A stretch of 64,000 nt of DNA from Desulfotignum sp. (lineage in GTDB: Bacteria; Desulfobacterota; Desulfobacteria; Desulfobacterales; Desulfobacteraceae). Where the stretch lies: contig JAABUB010000001.1 of assembly GCA_011389575.1 (NCBI GenBank), forward strand, positions 36,079 through 100,078. Reading direction: 5' to 3'. Shown in pieces: positions 29,101 to 38,143 of the stretch; position 1 is the stretch's first letter, and each line of letters starts with the position of its first letter. Position numbers and translations under genes: made by a program. The notes below the pieces were generated by a model. The model made no database searches, was not told the DNA's origin, and worked only from the letters and a program-made list of their open reading frames with translations.

Positions 29101-30370
29101 TAATAACCACCACCGGGCCAGGACCAGACCCCCTGCCCTGCCCCTGGATTTTTCCCCCCGGTATTTTGACCGGCCGGAAGAAAAAACCATTGTATTTCCC
29201 AACTGGGATGCCTTGACCGGTCAATTGATTGTGTCCACCTTTCAAAGCGAAGGGTACCAGGCCTTTTTGATGGAAGAAACCCTTGAAACCCTGAAAAAAA
29301 GCCTGCTCACCAATACCGGCCAGTGCATCCCCCTCAATGCGGTTGCCGCCGGGTTTATCCACACCGTGAAAAAACATGACCTGGATCCGGCCAAAACCGT
29401 GCTGTGGCTGAACCGGTCAGACATCGCCTGCAACATCAGGCTGTATCCGTATCATATTCAGCAGATTCTCCTGCGGGAAGGAAACGGATTTGAAAAATCA
29501 GGTATCTATCTTGGTGAATTGTCCTTGTTTGATATATCTTTTCGTGCTTCCACCAATGCCTATTTTGCCTATATGTTCGGCGGGCTCCTCAGGAGCATCG
29601 GCTGCAGGATCAGGCCCTATGAAACAAACAAGGGAGAAACCGACCGGACAATGGGCCGGGCCCTGGATATTATCAGCAGGGCCTTTGCCCTGAACCGGTC
29701 CAAGGAAAAGGCCCTGGAAGAGGCCATTTCCCTGTTCAAACGTATCAGGACACAGGATGCCGGCACCCGGCCCAAGGTGGCCATTTTCGGTGATCTGTAT
29801 GTGAGGGATAATGATATAATGAACCAGAACCTGATTCATTATATCGAAGCCAATGGCGGCGAGGTGATCACCACGCCGTATTATAAATATATCAAAATCA
29901 TTGCCAATTCCTATTTTAAAAAATGGTTCAAGGAAGGCAAATACCTGAGCCTGATTTCCAACAAAGCCCTGCAGGTTGCCGCCCAGGCCATGGAAAAAAA
30001 ATATTTCCCCTATTTTGAACCCATACTGCAGGAATCGCATTTCATGGTTGAAAACTCCCATGAAAATCTCCTGGAGCAATACGGCCTCCAGCCGGAGCAT
30101 ACCGGAGAATCCATGGATAATATCTTAAAAATTCATCATATCATCCAGGAGCACCCGGACCTGGCACTGCTTGTCCAGACCAATCCAGCCTTCTGCTGCC
30201 CGGGCCTGGTTACTGAAGCCATGGCTGCCAGACTGGAAGCCAAAACCGGCGTGCCCATTGTCAGTATCACCTATGATGTGTCCGGGGGCAATAAAAACAA
30301 AGTGATAGTGCCTTTTATCAAATATTTCAGGCGCAAAAGCTATTCCCACAGCAGAAAACTTTCTGTCTGA
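26165..30370 (+). CDS. Multidomain CoA-substrate-specific enzyme activase (two BadF/BcrA-type ASKHA ATPase domains plus C-terminal DUF2229-like region)
   Basis: GIDVGS/GLDVGSTSTK, CAAGTGSF twice, RCAVF/RCTVF, EIGGQDAK, CQLCTNHC, SFKCSPD, TRIES. Confidence 0.9.
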   Translation: MDYTIVGIDVGSVSVNIAVIDNNKKLLHKATAAHQGDVTSCLSTLLSHEAVRTVQYVAATDATPSFVFSHDRFDEQVAVIRAARAFHKNGSDALLHIGGEKFSLSLFDKQNNYTGARHNTSCAAGTGSFLDQQARRLNLKGSAEISEKALKNRQQRPDIATRCAVFAKTDLIHAQQEGYNIEQICDGLCYGLAKNIVNTLFKGNDINGSVLFCGGVAKNASVTRYLESILGLCLKIDAYSDVYGAAGAALCLWDQMQTKKPVPVFFDSAKAFFKTTARKNNYLYPALSLTLSDYPDFHCFKQFVHDGVETDIYSDPALLDVSDTYLGLDVGSTSTKSILINQNGDPIVGCYTKTASRPVQAVQKIFKAMDTFLADAGLAISVKGCGTTGSGRRISGRVIGADIEPDEITAHATAAVNLNKDVDTIIEIGGQDAKFTLVKDGMVTASVMNTVCAAGTGSFIEEQAEKLSCPLSEYSERAEGIQAPVSSDRCTVFMERDINYYFAEGYKKNEILASVLHSVRDNYLTKVATAGRIGNCILFQGATARNKALVAAFEQKLQKPIHVSRFCHLTGALGVALLAREKRITRTQFRGFGLWKRSIPVHQEVCQLCTNHCKLTIARVDGQPRAYGFLCGRDYDTQKMVPQKKPYDLKKLRKKQLLPIVRHPEKHRFTIGIPAAMHLFEDLEFWEFFFSRLGIKTITSRNLKHPVALGKTIARAEFCAPVTALHGHVAHLFEKADYVFLPFYFEEKTDQKRVRRQHCYYTQFSPSIISCLDHYDARRLLMPTIKYLYTSFHTKMALYQMLKQISQDFLFSFFDINTAWDKALAFRKENQTRLSALYAEQRRAAPGSKVLLLGRPYTVLSDTMNHRIPRIFENLGVETFFQDMLDTADIDFTPIQPLLEEIHWKHAAQILKSAYAAALSQDLYPVYITSFKCSPDAFGVDYFKQIMERCNKPYLVLELDEHDSSVGYETRIESAVRSFNNHHRARTRPPALPLDFSPRYFDRPEEKTIVFPNWDALTGQLIVSTFQSEGYQAFLMEETLETLKKSLLTNTGQCIPLNAVAAGFIHTVKKHDLDPAKTVLWLNRSDIACNIRLYPYHIQQILLREGNGFEKSGIYLGELSLFDISFRASTNAYFAYMFGGLLRSIGCRIRPYETNKGETDRTMGRALDIISRAFALNRSKEKALEEAISLFKRIRTQDAGTRPKVAIFGDLYVRDNDIMNQNLIHYIEANGGEVITTPYYKYIKIIANSYFKKWFKEGKYLSLISNKALQVAAQAMEKKYFPYFEPILQESHFMVENSHENLLEQYGLQPEHTGESMDNILKIHHIIQEHPDLALLVQTNPAFCCPGLVTEAMAARLEAKTGVPIVSITYDVSGGNKNKVIVPFIKYFRRKSYSHSRKLSV

Positions 30371-31164
30371 CGTTCACCAGGCAGGTAGTCTTTGATGGCA
30401 GGATATTTTTTCACATAATTGTTCTGGAACTCGATTCGCTGGACATTAAAGGCATTGTGGCGGTCCACTGCCCGTCTGTACCGCAGATAGTATTCATCAT
30501 AATTTTTCAGGCTGGCAGGATCCTTATGCTTTGCAATATGGGAAAAATTGGCAGCAGTATAGGTAAGCAGGGCATTAAAATCATCCAGATAGGTTTCAAG
30601 ACTTTGAAAATGGCGGATGACCAGGCGGTTGGTATAATATTCCCGGACCTGATAAATCCAGTGTAATTCCTTTTTCATGAAATAATCTTTGTAGTCTGTT
30701 GTAAATTTCACCAGCCTGTCAATGGCATCCAGATTCTGGGCCAGGGTAATGCGCAAAATTTTGATAAATGCGATGGTCTGGTGCAATTTTTCAAGACTTG
30801 ATTCCACCTTGGACATGTTTTCCAGTTTTACCAGACCGGCATCCAGATCATTGGTGGTCTGTTTGAGCGTTTCACACAGCCGGAGCACCTGGCTGGTGAT
30901 GGGGGGGAGGTGGGCATATTTATTTTTTTCTTTTTCCTGTGCCCAGATATAAAATTCTGCTCCGGCAACCATGGAAAAACTGGCCAGAAACACCATGAAA
31001 AGAATCATGCCCGCCGTCTTTTTTGATTTGAAAATGACATACGGGGTGGTGACAGGGGCCAGCAAAACCATAACTGCCCACCATTTGGGATTTTTTTTCC
31101 GAAAGCAGTCAAGCAAAGTCAGTCCGGACAACAAAAAGACATAGGAAAAATAAATATAATACAC
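30340..31164 (-). CDS. Hypothetical membrane-anchored protein with helical/coiled-coil domain
   Basis: 274-aa ORF, three hydrophobic N-terminal segments; 2 nt downstream of comEC. Confidence 0.75.
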   Translation of the reverse strand: MYYIYFSYVFLLSGLTLLDCFRKKNPKWWAVMVLLAPVTTPYVIFKSKKTAGMILFMVFLASFSMVAGAEFYIWAQEKEKNKYAHLPPITSQVLRLCETLKQTTNDLDAGLVKLENMSKVESSLEKLHQTIAFIKILRITLAQNLDAIDRLVKFTTDYKDYFMKKELHWIYQVREYYTNRLVIRHFQSLETYLDDFNALLTYTAANFSHIAKHKDPASLKNYDEYYLRYRRAVDRHNAFNVQRIEFQNNYVKKYPAIKDYLPGERQTESFLLWE

Positions 31165-31166
31165 GA

Positions 31167-33620
31167 TTAACCGCCTTTATGGGTAACAATTGTATAGCCG
31201 TTGCCAGAGGATGTAATGGTGACCGCCCCATGGGTATCTGTTCTAAAAATGTGGATTCCTTTCTGCCGGTATCGGTCCAGAATATCTGGATGGGGAAACC
31301 CGTAACGGTTATTAAATCCGCAGGATATTATTACACTTTCAGGATGAACTTTATCAAGGAAAAATTTGGTGGAAGAGGTATTGCTGCCGTGGTGAGGGGC
31401 CAGCAGAATTTTGGCGCCCGGATGTTGCTGGACAGTGCGGGCCAGAAGTTCTTCTCTTGTTTCCATGATATCTCCTGGAAAAAGCATATAAAACGCTTTG
31501 AGTTTCAATTTGAAAACCAGAGAATTGTCATTGAAATCCAGTCCGGGTTGAACAGATTCACATTGGAAAAAGTCAAATTGTGTCTGGTCATAGATCATTT
31601 TGTTTTGTGTGCAATCCGGTATAAAAACCGGAATTTGTCTGTTTCGGCAGGCTGCCATGATACGTGCATACCCTTTTCGGAAACTTTTGTCTGCATTTTT
31701 TACCAGAGCTCCAACCTTGAAATTTTCCAGTATAAATACCAGTCCGTTCATGTGGTCTGTGTCAGGGTGGGTGAGGATAACCGCATCCAGAGCCATGATA
31801 CGCTGCTGCCACAAAAAAGGAGCCACAATATGCCGGCCTGTATCAAAACTGCTTCCCCCTGAAAAGCCGCCCCCGTCCACCAGAATGTTTTTTCCTTCAA
31901 TAGTCTGAATCAGTGCCGCATTTCCCTGGCCCACATCCAGGATTGTGATGGACATGTGTCCCAAAACTCTTGTTTTTGTCAGCTCCTGTATCCCATGCAC
32001 GCATACAATTGTGATGATGGCGGTGCACACTATTATGACCGGTTTTGTCTTTTTAACAGACAAGAGATAAAAACCTGCTCCCATAACAGCATAAATGGCC
32101 ACCACATCATATACCGATAAAGAAGGCAGATGGGACCAGGCAAAAGGAAACCCGGTCAGCCAGGCAACAAATGAAAGACAAAAAGAAACCAGTTTTGCCG
32201 CCATAGTCAACAACACAGCTGAAATACCGGGGAACACAGGCCAGAAAAGCAGACTCACCAGGCCGAGGGGCAGACATATAAAACCTATGACAGGTACCAG
32301 TAACAGGTTTGCCGGAATCTGAACCAAAGAGACCATGTTGAAATACCGGGCAATCAACGGAAATGTTCCAAGCCCGGCCAACACGGTTACAATGCAGATG
32401 GACGTCAGAAATTTTGGAATCAGGGGAATATGAAGCCACTGATATCTGGCAACAACACCCAGGCCAAGAATAATGAACAGTACCGCTGAAAAGGACAATT
32501 GAAATGAAATGGAAAACAAAGACCCTGGATCTGCCATCAAAATAAGAATACCGGCTCCTGCCAGAATATTGATTGGATGGTTTTGTTTTTCACCAAGAAA
32601 CGCGACCATAAAAATACTGATCATAATAAATGCCCGCTGGGTGGAAGGTGAAAATCCGCAAAACAACGCATACACGCACAAGGGAACAAGGGTAAGCATG
32701 CCGGCAATTTTTCTGGCCCTGGCCGAGATCAGAAGACGTGAAAAACCCGACAGCATCCAGTTAAAAAAATTATAAAATATTATTGACAAAATTCCCAGAT
32801 GCAGTCCTGAAATCGCCAGCAGATGGCTTGCGCCTGCCTGTGAAAACCTGTCCCGTATCCGGGTGGGCATCTGCTGTTTTTTGCCGGTGACCAGGGCAGC
32901 CAGAATATGGGCGGCATCCTGATGGTTGAGCCGGGTCATTATAAAATGGTAAAATTGGTTTCGTGTTTTTTCCAACCCCTGCATCCACCGGGTGAAAACA
33001 AAAAGATTTTCAGCCGGGACCAGCGTGATTTTGCCGGCCCCGGTATGGACGGCACCGAAGATGCCCTGGCGTTTGAGAAAGGTCTGGTAATCAAAGGCCC
33101 CGGGATTGCCGAAATTCCTGATGGGCCGGATGGGCCCCGGGCACTCAATATGATCATTGAATCCTGGCAGGCTGCCTTTTTTCCCATAGATGTTTACATA
33201 TACACGGCCCGTGGCGGCGATGGCAAAAGCGTTTCCGTCTGCATCTGTGGTGACAATTTTCCGGCAGTCCAGCACCACACGATTTTTATAGGGATACTGC
33301 CGTGAAAAAGAAACAATCCTGCCTGACAGCGTAATGCCGGGATCGTTGTAAAACCGGGACACATGTCCGGGCGAAAGATGCGGGAAATGCATCTGATAAC
33401 TCTGATATCCGGACCACACCCCGGCCAGAAAACATATACAAAATACAAAAAATTTTTGGCTGGAATATCCTGTAAAAAATACAGCTGCCAGCAGACCGAA
33501 AAACATAACAGCCAGCAGCAGGTTTGAAGGAGAGGATGCATTCCCTGCCAGAATTCCTGTAATCATGGCCAGAATTACAGGGACAAGTGGTGGAATCAAA
33601 GGCTGTGATAATTGTTTCAC
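31167..33620 (-). CDS. comEC: DNA internalization competence protein ComEC/Rec2
   Basis: NPGAFDY, HLLAISGLH, SFQLSF, LDVGQG, THPDTDH, PHHGS, NRYGFPH; GTG 33620 after GAGG. Confidence 0.95.
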   Translation of the reverse strand: MKQLSQPLIPPLVPVILAMITGILAGNASSPSNLLLAVMFFGLLAAVFFTGYSSQKFFVFCICFLAGVWSGYQSYQMHFPHLSPGHVSRFYNDPGITLSGRIVSFSRQYPYKNRVVLDCRKIVTTDADGNAFAIAATGRVYVNIYGKKGSLPGFNDHIECPGPIRPIRNFGNPGAFDYQTFLKRQGIFGAVHTGAGKITLVPAENLFVFTRWMQGLEKTRNQFYHFIMTRLNHQDAAHILAALVTGKKQQMPTRIRDRFSQAGASHLLAISGLHLGILSIIFYNFFNWMLSGFSRLLISARARKIAGMLTLVPLCVYALFCGFSPSTQRAFIMISIFMVAFLGEKQNHPINILAGAGILILMADPGSLFSISFQLSFSAVLFIILGLGVVARYQWLHIPLIPKFLTSICIVTVLAGLGTFPLIARYFNMVSLVQIPANLLLVPVIGFICLPLGLVSLLFWPVFPGISAVLLTMAAKLVSFCLSFVAWLTGFPFAWSHLPSLSVYDVVAIYAVMGAGFYLLSVKKTKPVIIVCTAIITIVCVHGIQELTKTRVLGHMSITILDVGQGNAALIQTIEGKNILVDGGGFSGGSSFDTGRHIVAPFLWQQRIMALDAVILTHPDTDHMNGLVFILENFKVGALVKNADKSFRKGYARIMAACRNRQIPVFIPDCTQNKMIYDQTQFDFFQCESVQPGLDFNDNSLVFKLKLKAFYMLFPGDIMETREELLARTVQQHPGAKILLAPHHGSNTSSTKFFLDKVHPESVIISCGFNNRYGFPHPDILDRYRQKGIHIFRTDTHGAVTITSSGNGYTIVTHKGG

Positions 33621-33651
33621 ATATCCTCGCCCGAATATATGTATTTTTTGC

Positions 33652-34905
33652 TTATCTGATGCGCTGCATGTCAGCTCCCAGCGCACAAAATTTTTCTTCA
33701 ATGGCCTCATATCCCCGGTCCATGTGATACACCCGGGAAATCAGGGTGGTGCCTTTGGCTATCAGTCCTGCGATTACCAAAGAGGCACTGGCACGAAGGT
33801 CTGAAGCCATAACCGGCGCTGCCTGAAGTTCAGCCACCCCTTTGACTTTGGCAATATTTGCTCTGGAAAGCATAATATCCGCCCCCATGCGCATCAGTTC
33901 ATTGGCATGGATAAACCGGTTTTCAAAAATGGATTCATGAATAATGCTTGTGCTGTCCGCAATACACATCAAGGCCATGAACTGGGCCTGCATATCAGTG
34001 GGAAATCCCGGATAGGGAAGGGTTGTGATGTCCACGCTTCTGACATGTTCCACACCCTTTACGCGGATCCTGTCATCGTATATTTCCACTTCGGCACCAG
34101 ATGCCTTGAGCTTATTGATCACCCCGCCTATATGGTGTGGATCGCATCCTTTAATCAATACATTGCCCCGGGTAGCGGCTGCAGACACCATAAAGGTGCC
34201 GGTTTCAATGCGGTCCGGAATCACGGTGACCTGTGCCGGTGAAAGATGCGGCACTCCTTCTATGGTAATAATGGCAGAACCGGCCCCGGATATTTTTGCC
34301 CCCATCCGGGACAAGGCATCAGCCAGGCAGACGATTTCAGGCTCACGGGCGGCATTTCTGAGAACGGTTTTTCCTTTGGCCAGAACAGCAGCCATCATCA
34401 GATTTTCAGTCCCGGTTACGGTAGGGGTATCAAAATAGATCTCGCTGCCTGTAAGTTTTTCCGCCCTTGCTTCAATGTAGCCGTGGTAAATATCAATTTT
34501 GGCTCCCAGCGCCTCCAGACCGGTCAAATGCATGTTCACCGGTCTGGCACCGATGGCACATCCCCCCGGCAAAGAAACCTTGGCATGTCCGAATCTGGCC
34601 ACCAAAGGTCCCAGCACAAGAATGGATGCCCGCATTTTGCGCACAAGGTCATATTCCGCCTCAATTTTATGAATACCGGATCCATCCACAGTCATGACAT
34701 GGTTGTCAAAGGTGCACCGGGCGCCCAGGTCTTCCAGTAGAAGCCGGATGCTGTGAATATCTATAAGATCAGGAACATTTGTAAATTCACAGGTCCCATC
34801 CACCAGGATGCTGGCGGCTATAAGCGGGAGTGCCGCATTTTTTGCCCCGGAGATAAAAACCTCTCCTGCAAGTTTTCTGCCCCCGTTGATTTGAATTTTA
34901 TCCAT
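33652..34905 (-). CDS. murA: UDP-N-acetylglucosamine 1-carboxyvinyltransferase
   Basis: SGAKNAALP, LPGGCAIGARP, PGFPTDMQAQ, DLRA. Confidence 0.98.
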   Translation of the reverse strand: MDKIQINGGRKLAGEVFISGAKNAALPLIAASILVDGTCEFTNVPDLIDIHSIRLLLEDLGARCTFDNHVMTVDGSGIHKIEAEYDLVRKMRASILVLGPLVARFGHAKVSLPGGCAIGARPVNMHLTGLEALGAKIDIYHGYIEARAEKLTGSEIYFDTPTVTGTENLMMAAVLAKGKTVLRNAAREPEIVCLADALSRMGAKISGAGSAIITIEGVPHLSPAQVTVIPDRIETGTFMVSAAATRGNVLIKGCDPHHIGGVINKLKASGAEVEIYDDRIRVKGVEHVRSVDITTLPYPGFPTDMQAQFMALMCIADSTSIIHESIFENRFIHANELMRMGADIMLSRANIAKVKGVAELQAAPVMASDLRASASLVIAGLIAKGTTLISRVYHMDRGYEAIEEKFCALGADMQRIR

Positions 34906-34932
34906 AGGTTATACTGCGCTTTTTTAAGAGAA

Positions 34933-34965
34933 AAAAGGGCTTTGGAAAAAGGCCAAAACCCTTTT
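34933..34965 (-). terminator. Possible terminator hairpin between tRNA-Leu and murA
   Basis: Imperfect inverted repeat AAAAGGGCTTTGG...CCAAAACCCTTTT; T-run follows on the minus strand. Confidence 0.55.
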
Positions 34966-34975
34966 GTTGTTATGA

Positions 34976-35063
34976 TGGTACCTGGGACGAGAATTGAACT
35001 CGTACAGTGCTTTGCACCGAGGGATTTTAAGTCCCTTGCGTCTACCAGTTCCGCCACCCAGGC
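34976..35063 (-). tRNA. tRNA-Leu(TAA)
   Basis: GCCTGGGTGGCGGAACTGGTAGACGCAAGGGACTTAAAATCCCT...GTTCAATTCTCGTCCCAGGTACCA; long variable arm, encoded CCA. Confidence 0.97.
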
Positions 35064-35184
35064 ATAATCTTCAATTTTCTATCTCATCTGGCCGGATTTT
35101 GCAAGGTCAAAATTCAGGATGAGCAGGACAATCACATGCAAAAAAATCAGTTGAAAAAAAAAGTTTTAATCAGCCGATTCCTGA

Positions 35185-36063
35185 TCAGGGACCTGGATGG
35201 TGGTGTTTTATGAATTCAAAGGTATACAGGATGACACCGGCCCAGATGCAGGCAAAGGTGATCAGATTGTGGATGGAAAAGGGTTCTTTGTACACAAACA
35301 CCCCCAGCACAAAGGCAATGGAGGGGGCAAGATACTGCAGGATACCGATGGTGGACAGATTCAGCCGTCTGGCAGCAGCAGCAAACCACAGCAAAGGCAG
35401 GGAAGTTACCACCCCTGCCCCGATCATCCAGAGGGTCAGTTGCGTATCCTTTAAAAACAAAGAGCTGCCTGTACCTATTAAAAAGAGAATATATGCCAGG
35501 GCCGGAATCATCAGAAGAAGGGTTTCAACAAACAGCCCGGGCATGGGGGCCACTGGTATGCGTTTTCGGCAGTATCCGTAAAAAGCAAAGGAAAACGCAA
35601 GGGTCAAACCGAATATGGGCAGAGCCCCATAAGCCACCAGAGAATAGACCACCCCTGTAAGGGCAAAACCAAGGGAGATGCATTGCAGACGGGTAAAGGT
35701 TTCTCCCAGCAGCAGATATCCCAAAAGTACATTTATCATGGGATTGATATAATACCCCAGGCTGGTTTCCACCACCCGGCCGGAATTCACCGCCCAGATA
35801 TATACAAACCAGTTCAGGGCAATCAATGCACTGCTCAAGGCAAGGCCTTTTACCTGGGAAGGTGTGCAAAGAATCTGTAATACCTCTTTTCCCCTTTTCT
35901 GAAAACAGATGATGATAAAAACAAACACACAGGACCAGACAACACGGTGGCAGAGAATTTCAACAGGCAGGGCCGCCTGCATCTGTTTCCAGTAGGCCGG
36001 CAAAAATCCCCAGGCGGCAAATGCGGCAAGAGCAAACAGGGCACCGTAAAATGGTTGTTTCAT
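35185..36063 (-). CDS. rarD: EamA/DMT transporter RarD
   Basis: NWFVYIWAVN, ETSLGYYINP, LQYLAPS; about 10 TM helices. Confidence 0.92.
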   Translation of the reverse strand: MKQPFYGALFALAAFAAWGFLPAYWKQMQAALPVEILCHRVVWSCVFVFIIICFQKRGKEVLQILCTPSQVKGLALSSALIALNWFVYIWAVNSGRVVETSLGYYINPMINVLLGYLLLGETFTRLQCISLGFALTGVVYSLVAYGALPIFGLTLAFSFAFYGYCRKRIPVAPMPGLFVETLLLMIPALAYILFLIGTGSSLFLKDTQLTLWMIGAGVVTSLPLLWFAAAARRLNLSTIGILQYLAPSIAFVLGVFVYKEPFSIHNLITFACIWAGVILYTFEFIKHHHPGP

Positions 36064-36271
36064 GTATTATCCCTAAAAGGTATTTCCGGATAAGGCATTT
36101 TTGGTGCCCAGTGTAGCACCATAATCTGGATTGGCAACCCAAAAAATAAGGCCCGCTGCCAGCAGCCTGAAAAAATGATTGCCTTATGATCTATATCCAG
36201 TGACCGATATCCACAAGGTTTCTTTGCAATTGCATTGCCCCGGATTGTTTTTTCTGGTAAACACAACACCC

Positions 36272-36886
36272 ATGAAATGGATGGATAAAAACAAACTGGT
36301 GCTGGCATCCCGGTCTCCCAGGAGAAAAGAGCTCCTGGAACAGATGGGACTTGCCATTGACATTCTTCCTGCTGATGTGGATGAAACCGAAAAACCGGAC
36401 CAGCCGCCCCTGGATCTGGTCAAAGCATTGTCGGAAAAAAAAACCTGTCATATCATGCTTCAGCGCAAAAATGCCTGGGTCCTCGGAGCGGATACCATTG
36501 TTGTACAAGACAGGCAGATCCTTAATAAACCGAAAAACAGAGAACAGGCCATTCACATGCTCGGCCTTTTGAGCGGCCGGACACACGCGGTGCTTACCGG
36601 GTATACCGTGGGCCATTTTGCCCGCAGACAGATGAAGACCCGTGCAGTTGAAACACAGGTTGTATTCAAAACTTTGACAAGGCAGGAGATCCTCTGGTAC
36701 ACTGGCACACAAGAACCCTATGACAAGGCCGGAGGATATGCCATCCAGGGGCTGGGCGCCTTTCTGGTCAAAGAAATTTGCGGTTCCTATTCCAATGTTG
36801 TGGGCCTGCCGGTGTGTGAACTCATTCAGACCCTCACAACGTTACAAGTGATTCAATTTGAGGACAGTCATCATGAACCGGATTAA
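36272..36886 (+). CDS. maf: Maf-family nucleoside triphosphate pyrophosphatase
   Basis: LVLASRSPRRKELL, GADTIV, KP, EPYDKAGGYAIQG, SNVVGLP; start 36272 or 36281. Confidence 0.93.
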   Translation: MKWMDKNKLVLASRSPRRKELLEQMGLAIDILPADVDETEKPDQPPLDLVKALSEKKTCHIMLQRKNAWVLGADTIVVQDRQILNKPKNREQAIHMLGLLSGRTHAVLTGYTVGHFARRQMKTRAVETQVVFKTLTRQEILWYTGTQEPYDKAGGYAIQGLGAFLVKEICGSYSNVVGLPVCELIQTLTTLQVIQFEDSHHEPD

Positions 36887-37565
36887 AGAAAATCTTACGG
36901 CTATTCGCCGGAATATCATTGATACCGCCAACAATTGTGGCAGAAACCCTGAAGATATTCAATTAATTGGTGTCAGCAAAAAAAAACCTGTCCAGGTGAT
37001 GAAACAGGCCATCGATGCAGGACTTACCATCCTGGGGGAAAATTATATCCAGGAAGCCATGGAAAAAATCGATACCATCGGCCGGGAGGCTGCTGTGTGG
37101 CATTTTATCGGTCACCTGCAGTCCAACAAAGCCAAATTTGCTGTCCAATATTTTGATCTCATCCACACGGTGGATACCTATAAACTGGCAAAAGAAATTG
37201 ATAAACAGGCCAAAAAACTCCAAAAATGCCAGGACATTCTGCTGCAGATCAATATTGCCATGGAAGATACCAAATCCGGTGCCCGGAAAGATGAGGCTGT
37301 GGATCTGGCCCAAAAAATAATGGCCTGTGAAAATCTTTCACTCCAGGGACTGATGTGCATGCCCCCGTACTTTGATGATCCGGAAGATGCCAGAATTTAT
37401 TTCAAAAAACTGGTTCAGATCAGAGATGACATCCTGGCAGCCGGGGTGAGCACCGGTGCCATGGCCCAGCTGTCCATGGGCATGAGCAATGATTTTGCGG
37501 TGGCCATTCAGGAAGGGGCCACCATGGTGCGGGTGGGAACCGCCATTTTCGGGAGCCGGATGTGA
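36873..37565 (+). CDS. yggS: PLP homeostasis protein YggS
   Basis: IGVSK, GENYIQE, WHFIGHLQSNK, LSMGMSNDF, VRVGTAIFG. Confidence 0.96.
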   Translation: MNRIKENLTAIRRNIIDTANNCGRNPEDIQLIGVSKKKPVQVMKQAIDAGLTILGENYIQEAMEKIDTIGREAAVWHFIGHLQSNKAKFAVQYFDLIHTVDTYKLAKEIDKQAKKLQKCQDILLQINIAMEDTKSGARKDEAVDLAQKIMACENLSLQGLMCMPPYFDDPEDARIYFKKLVQIRDDILAAGVSTGAMAQLSMGMSNDFAVAIQEGATMVRVGTAIFGSRM

Positions 37566-38110
37566 AACTGCTGCTGCATGCCTGCTGCGGACCCTGCACC
37601 ATTTATCCCCTGCAGGTGCTCAGAGACATGGATATCCAGGTGATGGGTTTTTTTTTCCGCCATAATATCCATCCTTTCACTGAATGCCTCAAGCGCGAAG
37701 AAACACTTCGCCAGTATGCGGATGGCCAGGACATGAAAATGATCTGGCAAAAGGACTATGAACTGGAAACATTTCTCAGGTCTGTTGCATTTCGGGAAAA
37801 AGACCGGTGCCGCTATTGCTACCATGCCCGGCTGACCGCGACAGCCAAAATTGCGAAAAAAGGAAAATTTGACAGGTTTTCGTCTACCTTGCTGTACAGC
37901 CGGTTTCAGGATCACGCCCTGATCCGGGAATTGGGACATGCTGTGGCAAAGGAAACCGGGGTGGATTTTTTTTATTATGATTTCAGGGAAGGCTGGAAAC
38001 AGGGTATTGCACAGTCAAAAGCCATGGGCATGTACAGGCAATCGTATTGCGGATGCATTTACAGTGAAAGGGACCGGTACTATCGAGCGGCAAAAAACTT
38101 CGCTTCTTAA
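37562..38110 (+). CDS. queH: Epoxyqueuosine reductase QueH (DUF208)
   Basis: LLHACCGPC, NIHP, RCRYC, YRQSYCGC. Confidence 0.9.
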   Translation: MKLLLHACCGPCTIYPLQVLRDMDIQVMGFFFRHNIHPFTECLKREETLRQYADGQDMKMIWQKDYELETFLRSVAFREKDRCRYCYHARLTATAKIAKKGKFDRFSSTLLYSRFQDHALIRELGHAVAKETGVDFFYYDFREGWKQGIAQSKAMGMYRQSYCGCIYSERDRYYRAAKNFAS

Positions 38111-38143
38111 AACACAGCTTTTTGTGATCTGCAGCCTGGCCCT

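Noticed and set aside
34976-35063. Genomic island at tRNA-Leu
   Set aside because: murA follows directly; no integrase or duplicated tRNA 3' end seen.
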